This document shows positions 48,783 to 59,106 of a stretch of 64,000 nucleotides of DNA, in pieces (positions within the stretch are counted from its first letter, which is position 1; every line of letters starts with the position of its first letter). The notes beneath the pieces were generated by a model. The model saw only the letters and a list, made by a program, of their open reading frames with translations, made no database searches and was not told the origin of the DNA. A program made the translations under genes and the position numbers. Origin of the DNA: Nitrososphaerota archaeon (lineage in GTDB: Archaea > Thermoproteota > Nitrososphaeria_A > Caldarchaeales > Calditenuaceae); NCBI GenBank assembly GCA_041641295.1, contig JBEPYO010000001.1, positions 1,216,001 through 1,280,000 of the forward strand, given 5' to 3'.

Positions 48783-49049
48783 GTGGTATCCTTGTCCACG
48801 GATATATCGCTGAAGATGCTGGCAAGGTCGCTTGGAGGTACTGTGCTGGTTAAGCTGCGAAACGGCCGAGCAATACGAGGCCAGCTCAAAGGATACGACC
48901 AACACATGAACCTCGTCCTAGAGGGCGCAGAGGAGATAAGGGGCGAGAACAACTCGGTCAAGCTAGGACTCATAGTTGTGAGGGGGGACAACATAGTTAT
49001 GATCTCCCCCTCGCAGATAAAACAGGAAGAGGAGGTTAGCGGCGCATGA
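48783..49049 (+). CDS. Sm-like archaeal protein (Lsm)
   Basis: [22 protein letters not shown]. Confidence 0.93.
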   Translation: MVSLSTDISLKMLARSLGGTVLVKLRNGRAIRGQLKGYDQHMNLVLEGAEEIRGENNSVKLGLIVVRGDNIVMISPSQIKQEEEVSGA

Positions 49050-49219
49050 AGGGAACACCCTCAATGGGTAAGTTTAAGACGCCGACGCATGGGCGCTGCA
49101 GGAGGTGTGGTAGACGCTCATTCAACTATAGGCGTGGTAGGTGTGGACACTGTGGGTTTGGAGCTACGAAGAAGTGGCGCAGCTATAGGTGGCTGAAAAG
49201 CCTTAAGGAGCGTCTCTGA
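49046..49219 (+). CDS. rpl37e: 50S ribosomal protein L37e (57 aa, below the ORF-track cutoff)
   Basis: Manual translation [39 protein letters not shown]...; canonical Lsm-L37e pair. Confidence 0.95.
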   Translation: MKGTPSMGKFKTPTHGRCRRCGRRSFNYRRGRCGHCGFGATKKWRSYRWLKSLKERL

Positions 49220-49227
49220 GAATAGAG

Positions 49228-51987
49228 CTAAGCGGCGGCCTTTTCGCTAAGAATCTTCCTTACAACGTAGGGGAGAATGCCTCCATGCTTATAGTACTCT
49301 ATCTCTATTGGTGTGTCGAGTCTGAGTATTGTCTCGAATGTAATGGAGGTCCCATCTCCCCGCCGCGCAGTAACTCTGACACGCTTCCTCGGCTGTAGCT
49401 GGCCTATCTCAATATCGTAGACCTCGGAGCCCGTGAGGCCAAGGCTCCTCCAGCTGACGCCGTCCAAGAATTGGAGAGGAAGCACCCCCATACCCACCAA
49501 GTTGCTCCTGTGAATCCTCTCGAAACTCTCAGCTATCACAGCCCTAACGCCGAGAAGCCTAACACCCTTTGCGGCCCAGTCCCTCGAACTCCCGGCCCCA
49601 TACTGCTTCCCCGCGATGATTATCAGCGGCACCCCCTCCTCCCTATACTTCATAGCCGCGTCGTAGACAGTCATCTTGGTCCCGTCGGGATAGTGTATTG
49701 TCCACCACCCCTCACCATCCGGTAGAAGGTAGTTTCTTAGACGGTGGTTTGCGAGGGTCCCACGAATCATGACCTCGTGATTCCCCCTCCTCGAGCCATA
49801 AGTGTTGAAGTCTGTGGGATCTACTCCTAGGCTCTTCAGGTAGAGTCCAGCGGGGCTGTTGGGGGGTATTGCACCGGCTGGTGAGATGTGGTCTGTCGTT
49901 ACGCGGTCTCCGAGGAGGACTAGTACGCGCGCGCCCCTTATGTCGCCTGGCGGGGTGGGCTCCCTCTGGAAGTTTTCGAAGTATGGGGGCTTCCTGATGT
50001 ATGTGGAGGTGGGGTCCCAGTTATAGGTGGGGCTCTGCGGCGCTTTCAGCTCCTCCCACTCGCCAACGCCGCTAAATATCTCGCCATACCTTTTCCTGAA
50101 CATCTCTGTCCTGATGCTCGACTCCATTATTCTTCTAATCTCATGCCTGTCCGGCCAAATATCCTTCAGGAAGACTGGCCTGCCGTCTCTGCCCACTCCG
50201 AGTGGCTCTGAGTAAAAGTCAACATCTATCCTACCGGCCAGCGCATACGCCACAACCAGTATGGGCGAGGTCAGGAAGCTTGCCTTGACAGAGGGGTGTA
50301 TCCTACCCTCAAAATTCCTGTTACCACTCAGTACTGCCACTGTGAAGAGGTCTCTCTTCTTTATCTCTGCCTCAACCTCCGGGAGTAGCGGTCCACTGTT
50401 TCCAATGCAGGTGGTGCATCCATAGCCCACAACCTCGAACCCGAGCTCGGCCAAATAGGGAAGGAGACCGGCCGCCTCGAGATAATCAGTAACGACTGCG
50501 GAGCCTGGTGCGAGGCTGGTCTTCACATAGGGCTTCCGTCTCAGCCCCTTCTGGACAGCGTTCCTAGCGAGTAGGCCCGCGCCTATCATGACCTCGGGGT
50601 TGGAGGTGTTTGTGCAGCTGGTTATCGCGGCTATCACTACCGCACCATCTGAGATCTCTATCTCTTCGCCACCAATCCTAACCCTCCCAGCCATACCACC
50701 AGATACGGGGTGGGTGCCACTCGACCCTCCCTCACTATGCCAGACCCCCAGCCGATTCTCAGAAGCAGCTATAACCGGTTTAGCCTTCCTCAAAATATCC
50801 AGCACAATCTTCTTCGCCTCCCTAAGCCTTATCCTGTCCTCCGGGTTTGCGGGCCCGGCTATGGAGGGCTCTATCGCGCTCAAATCAATCTCAACGACAT
50901 CGCTATACCTAGCCCCACGTTCGTAGTCCGTTGTGAAGAGGCCCTGAAGCTCAGTATAGCGTCTGACCAGTTGTATGTGTGCCTCATCCCTCCCAGTCAT
51001 CCTAAGGTAGCTGAGTGTTTGCTCGTCTATGGGGAAGAGGCCTACAGTTGCGCCGTACTCGGGGGCCATGTTTGAGACCGTGGCCCTGTCGGGGACGCTC
51101 AGCTTAGCCACTCCGGGGCCGAAAAACTCGACGAACTTGCCGACCACGCCTTTCCGCCTAAGTGTCTCCGTCACAGTCAGCACGAGATCTGTGGCTGTGG
51201 CTGGGGGCTGAAGCTCACCGACTAGCCGTACTCCAACGACCTCAGGGACGCTCATGTAGTAGGGCTGGCCAAGCATGACTGCCTCAGCCTCAATCCCTCC
51301 AACCCCCCAGCCCAAGACCCCGAGGCCATTTACCATGGGTGTGTGCGAGTCTGTTCCCAGAAGTGTGTCGGGGTAGGCCGCCAGCCCGTCGGCCTCCTTT
51401 CTAACCTCCACTACTCTAGCCAAGCTCTCAAGATTGACCTGATGGACAATCCCCCTCCCAGGAGGAACAACATAAAAGTTCTTGAACGCGTTTTGAGCCC
51501 ACTTCAGTAGCACATATCTCTCCCTGTTCCTCGCGAACTCTAGCGCGAGGTTCTTCCAGTAGGCATCCTTCACCCCGAAGTAGTCAACCTGGATTGAGTG
51601 GTCGACGACTAGGTGTGTCGGTATTGTTGGATTGACCCGTGAAGCGTCTCCGCCGAGACTGTGAACCACCTCCCGCATCGCGGCAAGATCGACGATTAGT
51701 GGGACTCCGGTGAAGTCTTGTAATAGGACGCGAGATGGCATAAACGGTATCTCCGAATCGCCCCCAGCCCTACCCTCACCTACAGCCTTCACGTCATCGA
51801 GAGAAGCTATCCCCGCGCCAGCACTCCTAGCAACATTCTCCAGAAGAATCTTCAGGCTCAACGGCATAGTGTCCAAGCTCTTAGCCAGACCAACTTCCTC
51901 GAGCATGGAAAGACTGTAATAGTAAGCCTCACCTAACGGCGTAGGTATACTCTTCCTAACCTCCCTGATCTCCTTCCTAGAACTCAT
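49228..51987 (-). CDS. acnA: Aconitate hydratase A
   Basis: QDFTGVP, DHS, HQVNLE, TDSHT, ITSCTNTS, GCTTCIGNS, TTDHISP, GSSRDWAAKG. Confidence 0.97.
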   Translation of the reverse strand: MSSRKEIREVRKSIPTPLGEAYYYSLSMLEEVGLAKSLDTMPLSLKILLENVARSAGAGIASLDDVKAVGEGRAGGDSEIPFMPSRVLLQDFTGVPLIVDLAAMREVVHSLGGDASRVNPTIPTHLVVDHSIQVDYFGVKDAYWKNLALEFARNRERYVLLKWAQNAFKNFYVVPPGRGIVHQVNLESLARVVEVRKEADGLAAYPDTLLGTDSHTPMVNGLGVLGWGVGGIEAEAVMLGQPYYMSVPEVVGVRLVGELQPPATATDLVLTVTETLRRKGVVGKFVEFFGPGVAKLSVPDRATVSNMAPEYGATVGLFPIDEQTLSYLRMTGRDEAHIQLVRRYTELQGLFTTDYERGARYSDVVEIDLSAIEPSIAGPANPEDRIRLREAKKIVLDILRKAKPVIAASENRLGVWHSEGGSSGTHPVSGGMAGRVRIGGEEIEISDGAVVIAAITSCTNTSNPEVMIGAGLLARNAVQKGLRRKPYVKTSLAPGSAVVTDYLEAAGLLPYLAELGFEVVGYGCTTCIGNSGPLLPEVEAEIKKRDLFTVAVLSGNRNFEGRIHPSVKASFLTSPILVVAYALAGRIDVDFYSEPLGVGRDGRPVFLKDIWPDRHEIRRIMESSIRTEMFRKRYGEIFSGVGEWEELKAPQSPTYNWDPTSTYIRKPPYFENFQREPTPPGDIRGARVLVLLGDRVTTDHISPAGAIPPNSPAGLYLKSLGVDPTDFNTYGSRRGNHEVMIRGTLANHRLRNYLLPDGEGWWTIHYPDGTKMTVYDAAMKYREEGVPLIIIAGKQYGAGSSRDWAAKGVRLLGVRAVIAESFERIHRSNLVGMGVLPLQFLDGVSWRSLGLTGSEVYDIEIGQLQPRKRVRVTARRGDGTSITFETILRLDTPIEIEYYKHGGILPYVVRKILSEKAAA

Positions 51988-52046
51988 GCTTCTGTCTCGT
52001 GCAGAGATTGACTAGCTGGGTTTTTAACCTTGGTTTTAAACCCGGC

Positions 52047-52568
52047 TTAAATGCGCGCTACATGCACCATGTGGGGCAGCTCCGGCCCTATCAGCTTGAG
52101 GGCCGTCTCCACCGCCTCGGGGGAGCCGGGCAGGGCGAGTATTATGGAGCCTGAGATAACGCCGGCGAGGCATCTCGAAAGCGCGGCGTGAAACCCTATC
52201 CTCTTATAGCTTTCAAGCCTGAAGATCTCTCCCACACCCTCAATCTCCTTCTCTAGGAGGGGTCTCACAGCCTCTACGCTAACGTCTCTCCTCGATATGC
52301 CCGTCCCGCCTATCACCGCCACTACATCGTAGCCCTCAGCCAATGCTTGGGCTAGCTTAGCCCTTATGCCTAGTATCTCGTCGCCAACAAGGCCTAGGTG
52401 CTCAACCTCATGGCCCAGCTCCTCCAAAACCCTTCGCGCCACCTCTGATGAATCATCCACGTACGGCTCACCCCTCACCATAGCCTGATAGCGAGAGGTG
52501 CTAGACCTTATGATCGCTATTCTAAGCCTCTTCGGTGCCGCTGATCTATGCGACTCCGCGGCAGACAC
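52047..52568 (-). CDS. moaB: Molybdenum cofactor biosynthesis protein MoaB/MogA
   Basis: GGTGISRRDVS, GEIFR, ALSR, LPGSP. Confidence 0.9.
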   Translation of the reverse strand: MSAAESHRSAAPKRLRIAIIRSSTSRYQAMVRGEPYVDDSSEVARRVLEELGHEVEHLGLVGDEILGIRAKLAQALAEGYDVVAVIGGTGISRRDVSVEAVRPLLEKEIEGVGEIFRLESYKRIGFHAALSRCLAGVISGSIILALPGSPEAVETALKLIGPELPHMVHVARI

Positions 52569-52691
52569 AAATGTATCACATCGAGGGCGAGTAATAAGAG
52601 TAGAGTGGTGCTGCTCTGCCGAACACCGGTTTGGATATTGTGTTGGATTATGGTTTATATCCTGCCTGGGTGGATTCTCGTCAGGTGATCT

Positions 52692-53921
52692 GTGCTATCC
52701 GAGGCAGAAGTATTCCTGAGATGTAGGGAGTGCGGAAAACCCTTCGGCCATATACTGGCACATGTGTGCGATGAATGCTTTGGAGCCCTCGAAGCAGCGT
52801 ACAGCCCGGACAGGCACTCGGTAAGCAGAGCTGTGATAGAGGCGCGGCCACCGTCTATGTGGAGGTACTGGGAGTTTCTACCCCTCCTCGACGCATCCAA
52901 GAAGGTCGACATAGGCGCCGGCTACACTCCACTTGTGAGGGCCGAGCGACTCGCAAAAAAGCTGGGTGTCACAAATCTCTACATAAAGAATGACACCCTA
53001 AACCCCACCTTCAGTTTTAAGGATAGGCCTTCGAGCTTGGCAGTCTCAAAGGCTAGGGAGTTTGGCATAGGCGCTGTTGGGTGTGCCTCCACTGGCAACC
53101 TAGCTGGGGCGACGGCCGCGCACGCAGCAGCCGCAGGGCTCCCATGCTATGTCTTCATGCCCAGCAGCGTTGAGAGGACCAAGATTAAACAGGCCGCACT
53201 CTATGGCGCTGAGATACTCCTAGTACAGGGGACCTATGACGACGCCAACAGGCTCGCAGCGCTCGCGGCTGACAGGCTTGGCATCGGCATCGTCAACGTG
53301 AATCTGAGGCCGTATTATGTGGAGGGCTCGAAGACGATGGGCTTGGAGATCGTTGAGCAGCTGGGCTGGCGGACGCCTGACAGGATTATAGTTCCGACGG
53401 CGAGCGGAGCCCTACTCTCCGCGATATTCAAGGGTATCGTTGAGGCGGAGCAGGCAGGCCTGATACGTGATAGCAGTGTAGCCATGACCTGTGCACAGCC
53501 GCTTGGATGTTCTCCGATTGTGAAAGCCTTCAGGGAGAGGAGCGACCGTATAGAGCCTGTCAGGCACCCCGACACTATCGTGCAGAGCCTCGCCATCGGC
53601 GACCCGGGAGACGGCTACCAGGCCCTAAAGGTGTTGAGGGAGAGCGGAGGGACCGCAGTCGCATTGACCGATGACGAGTGCCTAGAGGCTGTCCAGCTGC
53701 TTGCATCCACTGAAGGCATCTTTGCAGAGCCTGGCGGCGCCATATCAGTCGCAGCCCTCAAGAAACTCCTAGAGCTGGGAGAGATTGGGAGGGATGAGGA
53801 GGTAGTCTGCTGCGTAACAGGTACCGGACTAAAGACAGTTGAACTCCAGCCAGAGCCCAACCGTGTTAGAATCATACCTCCCACACTCGAAGGTGTTAAA
53901 AAGGCTCTAAACCTGCAGTAG
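52692..53921 (+). CDS. thrC: Threonine synthase-family PLP enzyme with N-terminal Zn ribbon
   Basis: CRECG...CDEC, NPTFSFKDR, ASTGN, EGSKT, TGTGLK. Confidence 0.88.
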   Translation: MLSEAEVFLRCRECGKPFGHILAHVCDECFGALEAAYSPDRHSVSRAVIEARPPSMWRYWEFLPLLDASKKVDIGAGYTPLVRAERLAKKLGVTNLYIKNDTLNPTFSFKDRPSSLAVSKAREFGIGAVGCASTGNLAGATAAHAAAAGLPCYVFMPSSVERTKIKQAALYGAEILLVQGTYDDANRLAALAADRLGIGIVNVNLRPYYVEGSKTMGLEIVEQLGWRTPDRIIVPTASGALLSAIFKGIVEAEQAGLIRDSSVAMTCAQPLGCSPIVKAFRERSDRIEPVRHPDTIVQSLAIGDPGDGYQALKVLRESGGTAVALTDDECLEAVQLLASTEGIFAEPGGAISVAALKKLLELGEIGRDEEVVCCVTGTGLKTVELQPEPNRVRIIPPTLEGVKKALNLQ

Positions 53922-53979
53922 GAGAAGACCAGAAAACCTGTACGGTTTATATCATCCCCTCGCCAGAAATCCTTTAAAG

Positions 53980-54261
53980 ATGTCCCCCAAAGTGAAGGTA
54001 ACGGTTACTGCAGTCCTCGCAAACTATCTCGGGGGTCAGAGGGATTTCATAATAGAGGCCGACTCTGTCAGAGCAGTGATAGAGGAGCTGGCAAAGAAGT
54101 ACGGGTCAGAGATTAGGAGGAGACTGCTTGACGACAAGGGCCGGCTCAGAAGATACATCAACATCTATGTGAATGATAGAGGGCTGAGCCACCAAGAGCT
54201 GGACACCAAGCTTCAGGAAGGCGACGAGGTCCTAATTCTTCCAGCCGTAAGTGGCGGATAG
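53980..54261 (+). CDS. MoaD/ThiS/SAMP ubiquitin-like sulfur carrier
   Basis: INIYVND, L.EGDEV.ILPAVSGG (C-terminal GG). Confidence 0.92.
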   Translation: MSPKVKVTVTAVLANYLGGQRDFIIEADSVRAVIEELAKKYGSEIRRRLLDDKGRLRRYINIYVNDRGLSHQELDTKLQEGDEVLILPAVSGG

Positions 54262-54263
54262 GC

Positions 54264-54665
54264 ATGAAACCCTTGAAGGCGCTACCCCCCCTACTAGCCA
54301 TTGGCCTACTCGTACAGATCGCGCTGGGGGAGATGGGGCTTGCAGCGAGGGCGCTAAGAGACTTGCATGCGGCCATCGGTTTAGCGGGTGTGGTGTTGAC
54401 AGCCTACGCGCTCCTCGCTGCGCGAGGAGTACGCGCATCCCTCTTGTATCTAACCGCACTTTTCATACTTGTCTTGATTCAATCGATACTTGGGCTAGTT
54501 CTCTTCGGAATATTTAGGGTTGATTTGGAGCTGTTCGAGCTCGTGGAGATGATTCACAGGTATAATGCATATTTGATGCTTGTGGTAGGGCTGGTCGGCG
54601 GGATGGCTGTTGCTGTGGTGAGGAGAAGGGTCAGCTCAGCTGATACTGTCGCGAAGAGCGGATAA
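54264..54665 (+). CDS. Four-TM membrane protein with His in TM2 and TM4
   Basis: Hydrophobic; QIALG...H and QSILG...EMIHR; starts 2 nt after MoaD. Confidence 0.7.
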   Translation: MKPLKALPPLLAIGLLVQIALGEMGLAARALRDLHAAIGLAGVVLTAYALLAARGVRASLLYLTALFILVLIQSILGLVLFGIFRVDLELFELVEMIHRYNAYLMLVVGLVGGMAVAVVRRRVSSADTVAKSG

Positions 54666-55379
54666 TTTAGAGGCTAGGCTGGTAAGCAGCTCGTCGATGA
54701 ACTGGTTCACAGCTTCCACGTACTGCTGGTAGCTGGGTGGAAGGGATAATAGCCACTGTACTATCTCCTCAGCCGAGGCATTCTCGCCCGGATATCTTTC
54801 TATCCAGTCATAATAGTCGAACAGGCCATTCACATTGTTTATCACCCGGTCCACAGACGGTGTAAGTGCGGGCTCGAATGATGCTACAAGCCCCTTTATG
54901 TCGAGCCAGTAGTTCATCGTGGCGTTCCTGTCCGGGCCCAGAGCCTCTACACCCCTCAGCTGGTTTAGGATCGGTATTGCCTGTGATACAGTTCTCACTT
55001 GTGTTTCTACACGCTGCATCCGTGCTTCAACACTGCTTAGCCTCCTTGACAGGTCTGAATTACTTCTTCTCAAATTCTCGAGTTCGCTTGAGAGTGTTGT
55101 TTGAAGTGCTGCTAGGCGCTCCTCGCTCTCTGAGAGCATTCTCTTTGTCTCGCTTAAAAGCGCCTCTAACCTGTCCACGTTGTTAAGGGCGGAGTTGAGT
55201 TCTGACTGTTTTGAGGCCAGCTCTGCCTCCAGCTGTCTGATCCTCTCCCGCTCACCTGCAAGAAGCTTCTCTGACTCGAGGGCTGTAGTGTATGTGCCGT
55301 AGCTCATGCCAGCCACAAAGCTCGAGATAGCGACAGCAGCCACGACGACGGCGACAACCAACGCTCTATACAATTGCAT
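54636..55379 (-). CDS. Membrane-anchored coiled-coil hypothetical protein
   Basis: N-terminal hydrophobic helix followed by a long heptad-rich segment. Confidence 0.75.
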   Translation of the reverse strand: MQLYRALVVAVVVAAVAISSFVAGMSYGTYTTALESEKLLAGERERIRQLEAELASKQSELNSALNNVDRLEALLSETKRMLSESEERLAALQTTLSSELENLRRSNSDLSRRLSSVEARMQRVETQVRTVSQAIPILNQLRGVEALGPDRNATMNYWLDIKGLVASFEPALTPSVDRVINNVNGLFDYYDWIERYPGENASAEEIVQWLLSLPPSYQQYVEAVNQFIDELLTSLASKLSALRDSIS

Positions 55380-55441
55380 GACACATAGAGCGCGCTGCTA
55401 ACTAATAAGTAATATCTAAATCTCCCAGATCGTTTTAACGG

Positions 55442-56407
55442 CTACCCTGTACCCCTCTCCTGCATCCGCAGCTCAAGCGTCTTCAGGTCAAGCCCAGCCA
55501 TAGCCTTGGTCTCATCGACCATCCTCTGAGCCTCCGCAACTATGTCAGGCCTGTCCCAGTAAGTGGTTGCCAGGACTATGGCTTCAGCCCTCGCCCTCGG
55601 GTCTGACGACTTGAATATGCCTGAGCCAACGAACACGCCGTCACACCCTAGACTCATCATTAGGGCGGCGTCGGCCGGTGTTGCTATCCCTCCGGCGGCG
55701 AAGTTCACCACGGGGAGCCTCTTAAGCCTTGCAGTCTCGAGGACCAGCTCGTATGATACGCGAAGCTCGCGGGCAGCCCTTATAAGCTCCTGCTCATCAC
55801 CCTCCTCATACAGAATTGCGATTTTTCTCAGCTCGTTGTTCAGAATCCTGACGTGCTTCACAGCTTCCGCAACGTTTCCAGTCCCAGGCTCACCTTTCGT
55901 CCTAATCATCGAAGCACCCTCCTCAATCCTGCGCAGAGCCTCTCCCAAGTCGCGGGCACCACAGACGAATGGTGTTGTGAAATCCCATTTCCATATGTGC
56001 CTCTCCTCGTCTGCCGGTGTTAAGACCTCCGACTCGTCGATCATGTCTACTCCCGCCTCCTCGAGGACCCTGGCCTCCCAGGTGTGTCCGATTCTGCACT
56101 TAGCCATGACAGGGATAGTAACGTGGTCCAACACCTCCTCGATCACTTTGAGGCTTGCAGTTCTCGCCACGCCCCCCGCTTTCCTCACATCGTATGGCAG
56201 CTTGTCCAGCACCATAACTCCGACTGCACCAGCGTCCTCCGCTATCTGAGCCTGCTCAACGTTTGTAACATCCATGACGACGCCGTGTTTAAGCATGTGG
56301 GCGAACCCTCTCTTCACTAGGGTGGAGCCCCGCTTGACGGATAATCCCTCGTAAACCTCTATCCGGAGCCCCGGAGCTTCCCTATGGCTGAGGGTGAGAG
56401 AGATCAA
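55442..56407 (-). CDS. pdxS: Pyridoxal 5'-phosphate synthase lyase subunit
   Basis: [53 protein letters not shown]. Confidence 0.96.
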   Translation of the reverse strand: MISLTLSHREAPGLRIEVYEGLSVKRGSTLVKRGFAHMLKHGVVMDVTNVEQAQIAEDAGAVGVMVLDKLPYDVRKAGGVARTASLKVIEEVLDHVTIPVMAKCRIGHTWEARVLEEAGVDMIDESEVLTPADEERHIWKWDFTTPFVCGARDLGEALRRIEEGASMIRTKGEPGTGNVAEAVKHVRILNNELRKIAILYEEGDEQELIRAARELRVSYELVLETARLKRLPVVNFAAGGIATPADAALMMSLGCDGVFVGSGIFKSSDPRARAEAIVLATTYWDRPDIVAEAQRMVDETKAMAGLDLKTLELRMQERGTG

Positions 56408-56506
56408 GTCCGATGGTAGAACCGCTCCTACGATATATAAACCAATCGCGTCACTAGGAGTTTAGGGGGATAGATATTTCATAGAGGGGTATGCGGGATT
56501 GGGTGG

Positions 56507-58174
56507 ATGCGTTTAGGAAGGGTGAGGCTGTTAGCTCTGGTCTTCCTAGCTGGGGCTGCCGTGATGGTTATAGAGCTGGCTGGGAGCAGGCTTCTCACAC
56601 CTGTTTTCGGAAGCTCGGTATTCGTGTGGGGTAGCATCATCGGTGTTGTGCTATCCTCTCTCGCAGCTGGCTACTACTTGGGTGGAAGGATCTCCGACCT
56701 TCGGCCTGACCCCCGCCTCCTAGACACGATAGTCTTCACCGCAGGCCTCCTCGCAATCTCAATACCATTTTTCTCGCCTGTAAGTATCGAGGCGGTGTTA
56801 TCGGTTGGGCTGGAGGAGCGGTGGGGGGCGCTGCTCGCGAGCCTAGCCCTCTTGGCCCCATCCAACCTCCTGTTGGGGATGGTGTCGCCATTCGCCGTTA
56901 AGCTGGCTACAAGCGAGTTAAGGTTGCTTGGGAGCAGCGCAGGTTACCTATACGCCGTCTCGACGCTTGGAAGCATATTCGGGACATTTGGGACTGTTTT
57001 CCTCCTGATCCCCGCTTTAGACGTCCGCACGATCTTTCTCGGAGTTGGCTTAGCGTTGATGGCGGTCTCGATGGTGAGGCTCGGTATCTCATCGAAGGTT
57101 ACTTTCGCGGCGATTCTTCTATTCTTACTCTCTCCGCTGGGTCTTGTGGGTGTCCAAGTGGTAGCAGCTTCAGGCGAAGTGGTGGAGGCGAGAGAAACAC
57201 CATACAACAGTCTTGTGGTGGCTAGGAGCAATGACCTCCAAGTCCTATATCTTAATGGGCTCCCACACAGTGGCATGAGTCTTAAAAACCCGAATGAGCT
57301 GGTCTTCACCTACACTAAGTTCTTCGAGGCAGCTCTTGCGCTGAACAGCAGGGCTAATGATGTGCTATTCATAGGTGGAGGAGGGTTCTCTGGCCCAAAA
57401 TACTTCATCAGTAGATATCCCAATATTGCCGTTGAAGTGGTTGAGATAGACCCGGTCGTCGTCGAGGTAGCCAAAAAATACTTCCAAGTCCCCGACGATG
57501 AGCGGCTCATCATCCACGTAGATGATGGCAGGGTTTTTCTGCAGAAGATTGGTAAAAAGTTTGACGCTATCATCATAGACGCATACGCGAAGACCTATAT
57601 CCCATACCATCTGCTGACCCTTGAGTTCTTCAGGCTTGTGAGGGAGAGGTTGGAGAGCGGCGGCGTGGTGGTCAGCAACATCATAGCATCAGTCGCCGGC
57701 GACACTTCAGGGATTCTCTGGTCCACCTATAAGACCATGAGCCTAGTCTTCCCCAAGATCTATGTGGTGAAGGCCTCGGAACACGGAGCTCCACTCGTCC
57801 AGAACATCATACTCATCGCCTGCGCAGAGGAGGACTGCGACCTCCTTGACTCGCTATCCAAGTGGGGAAACAGGGAGCTTGAGACCCTAGTCGCCCGAGG
57901 GCTTTGGAGCAGGCTGCCTGACCTGAGCGAATACAAGATCTTGACTGACGACTACTCGCCCGTCGAGTCTCTGCTAAACCCTGTAACGGGGAAGCCCTAC
58001 TCAGTGGAGCTAGAGTCGGGCGAGTACAGTGTCCCAGCGATACTTATGGGTGGAAGCAACTCACTAGCCTTGGCCGTAGTCACGCTGGCTGCAACATACT
58101 GGTTGGCGTCGCTAGTCTTGGTCATGGCCCCGCGTCGCGAGGTTGGGCGGGGAGAGTATAACTTGGGGGGTTGA
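56507..58174 (+). CDS. Fused MFS-like membrane domain / spermidine synthase
   Basis: N-terminal TMs (E..GSRLL.P.FGSS, YAVSTLGS); LFIGGGG, VEIDP, DGR, IIDAY, LTDDYSPVE. Confidence 0.9.
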   Translation: MRLGRVRLLALVFLAGAAVMVIELAGSRLLTPVFGSSVFVWGSIIGVVLSSLAAGYYLGGRISDLRPDPRLLDTIVFTAGLLAISIPFFSPVSIEAVLSVGLEERWGALLASLALLAPSNLLLGMVSPFAVKLATSELRLLGSSAGYLYAVSTLGSIFGTFGTVFLLIPALDVRTIFLGVGLALMAVSMVRLGISSKVTFAAILLFLLSPLGLVGVQVVAASGEVVEARETPYNSLVVARSNDLQVLYLNGLPHSGMSLKNPNELVFTYTKFFEAALALNSRANDVLFIGGGGFSGPKYFISRYPNIAVEVVEIDPVVVEVAKKYFQVPDDERLIIHVDDGRVFLQKIGKKFDAIIIDAYAKTYIPYHLLTLEFFRLVRERLESGGVVVSNIIASVAGDTSGILWSTYKTMSLVFPKIYVVKASEHGAPLVQNIILIACAEEDCDLLDSLSKWGNRELETLVARGLWSRLPDLSEYKILTDDYSPVESLLNPVTGKPYSVELESGEYSVPAILMGGSNSLALAVVTLAATYWLASLVLVMAPRREVGRGEYNLGG

Positions 58175-58179
58175 GCTAG

Positions 58180-59106
58180 ATGGGTGGCTCGGAGGGAATG
58201 GTCTCGGAGCCAGGCCCAGAGGGGTTGGACCGGCTGAGGCAGGCGGGGTCCATTGCTGCCTCTGTCCTCAGGGAGGCTGTCCTAAGGGTTAGGCCGGGAG
58301 TGCGGTCTCTACAGATATGCGAATGGGTTGAAGCCAGGATTAGAGAACTTGGAGCCAGACCGGCTTTCCCCTGCAACATTGGGGTAGACTCCGTTGCAGC
58401 CCACTACACGCCGACCATCGGAGATGACATAGTAATCCCGATGGGCTCACTGGTTAAGCTGGACATAGGGGTGGAGCTTGACGGATATATAGTTGACACG
58501 GCCGTATCCGTAGACCTTAGGAGCCCTTACGGCTATTTGGTGGATGTTGCGCGGGAGGCCCTGAGGAATGCTCTCAGCGTTCTGAGGCATGGCGTCAGGG
58601 TAGGGGAGATTGGGAGCATAGTCTACGAGACGGCCACAAGATACAGGTGTAGACCGATCTCCAACCTCTCGGGACACGAGATTAAGAGATACAACCTACA
58701 CGCGGGGGTCTCGATTCCGAATATCCCGGCTGCTGAGTCGCAAAGGCTTGAGGCAGGCCACATATACGCTATCGAACCCTTCATAACCCTGCAGGATGCT
58801 CCAGGTCTAGTGGTAAACACTAAGACGGTAAATATTTTCTCGCTCAGAGAAGCCTCCGGTAGAGCTAAAGGCCTTAGCCAAGAGGAGCAGGAGGTGCTTA
58901 GAGAGATAAACACAGTCTCGCGGGGGCTTCCATACACTACTAGGTGGCTGAGCGAGAAGGCTGCATCGATTCATCCACGCCTCTACAAGCGAGGATTAGT
59001 CTTCGGCTATCCTGTACTGGTTGAGAAGAGTGGGGCACCGGTCTCACAGGCCGAGCACACGGTCATAATCTATGAGGATGGATGCGAGGTATTGACGTCA
59101 AGCTAG
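58180..59106 (+). CDS. map: Methionine aminopeptidase type II
   Basis: AFPCN, AAHYTP, KLDIG..LDGYIVDTA, LSGH, LHAG, AIEPF, QAEHT. Confidence 0.95.
   Translation: MGGSEGMVSEPGPEGLDRLRQAGSIAASVLREAVLRVRPGVRSLQICEWVEARIRELGARPAFPCNIGVDSVAAHYTPTIGDDIVIPMGSLVKLDIGVELDGYIVDTAVSVDLRSPYGYLVDVAREALRNALSVLRHGVRVGEIGSIVYETATRYRCRPISNLSGHEIKRYNLHAGVSIPNIPAAESQRLEAGHIYAIEPFITLQDAPGLVVNTKTVNIFSLREASGRAKGLSQEEQEVLREINTVSRGLPYTTRWLSEKAASIHPRLYKRGLVFGYPVLVEKSGAPVSQAEHTVIIYEDGCEVLTSS

Noticed and set aside
55563-56249. 228-aa plus-strand ORF
   Set aside because: Antisense shadow of pdxS.
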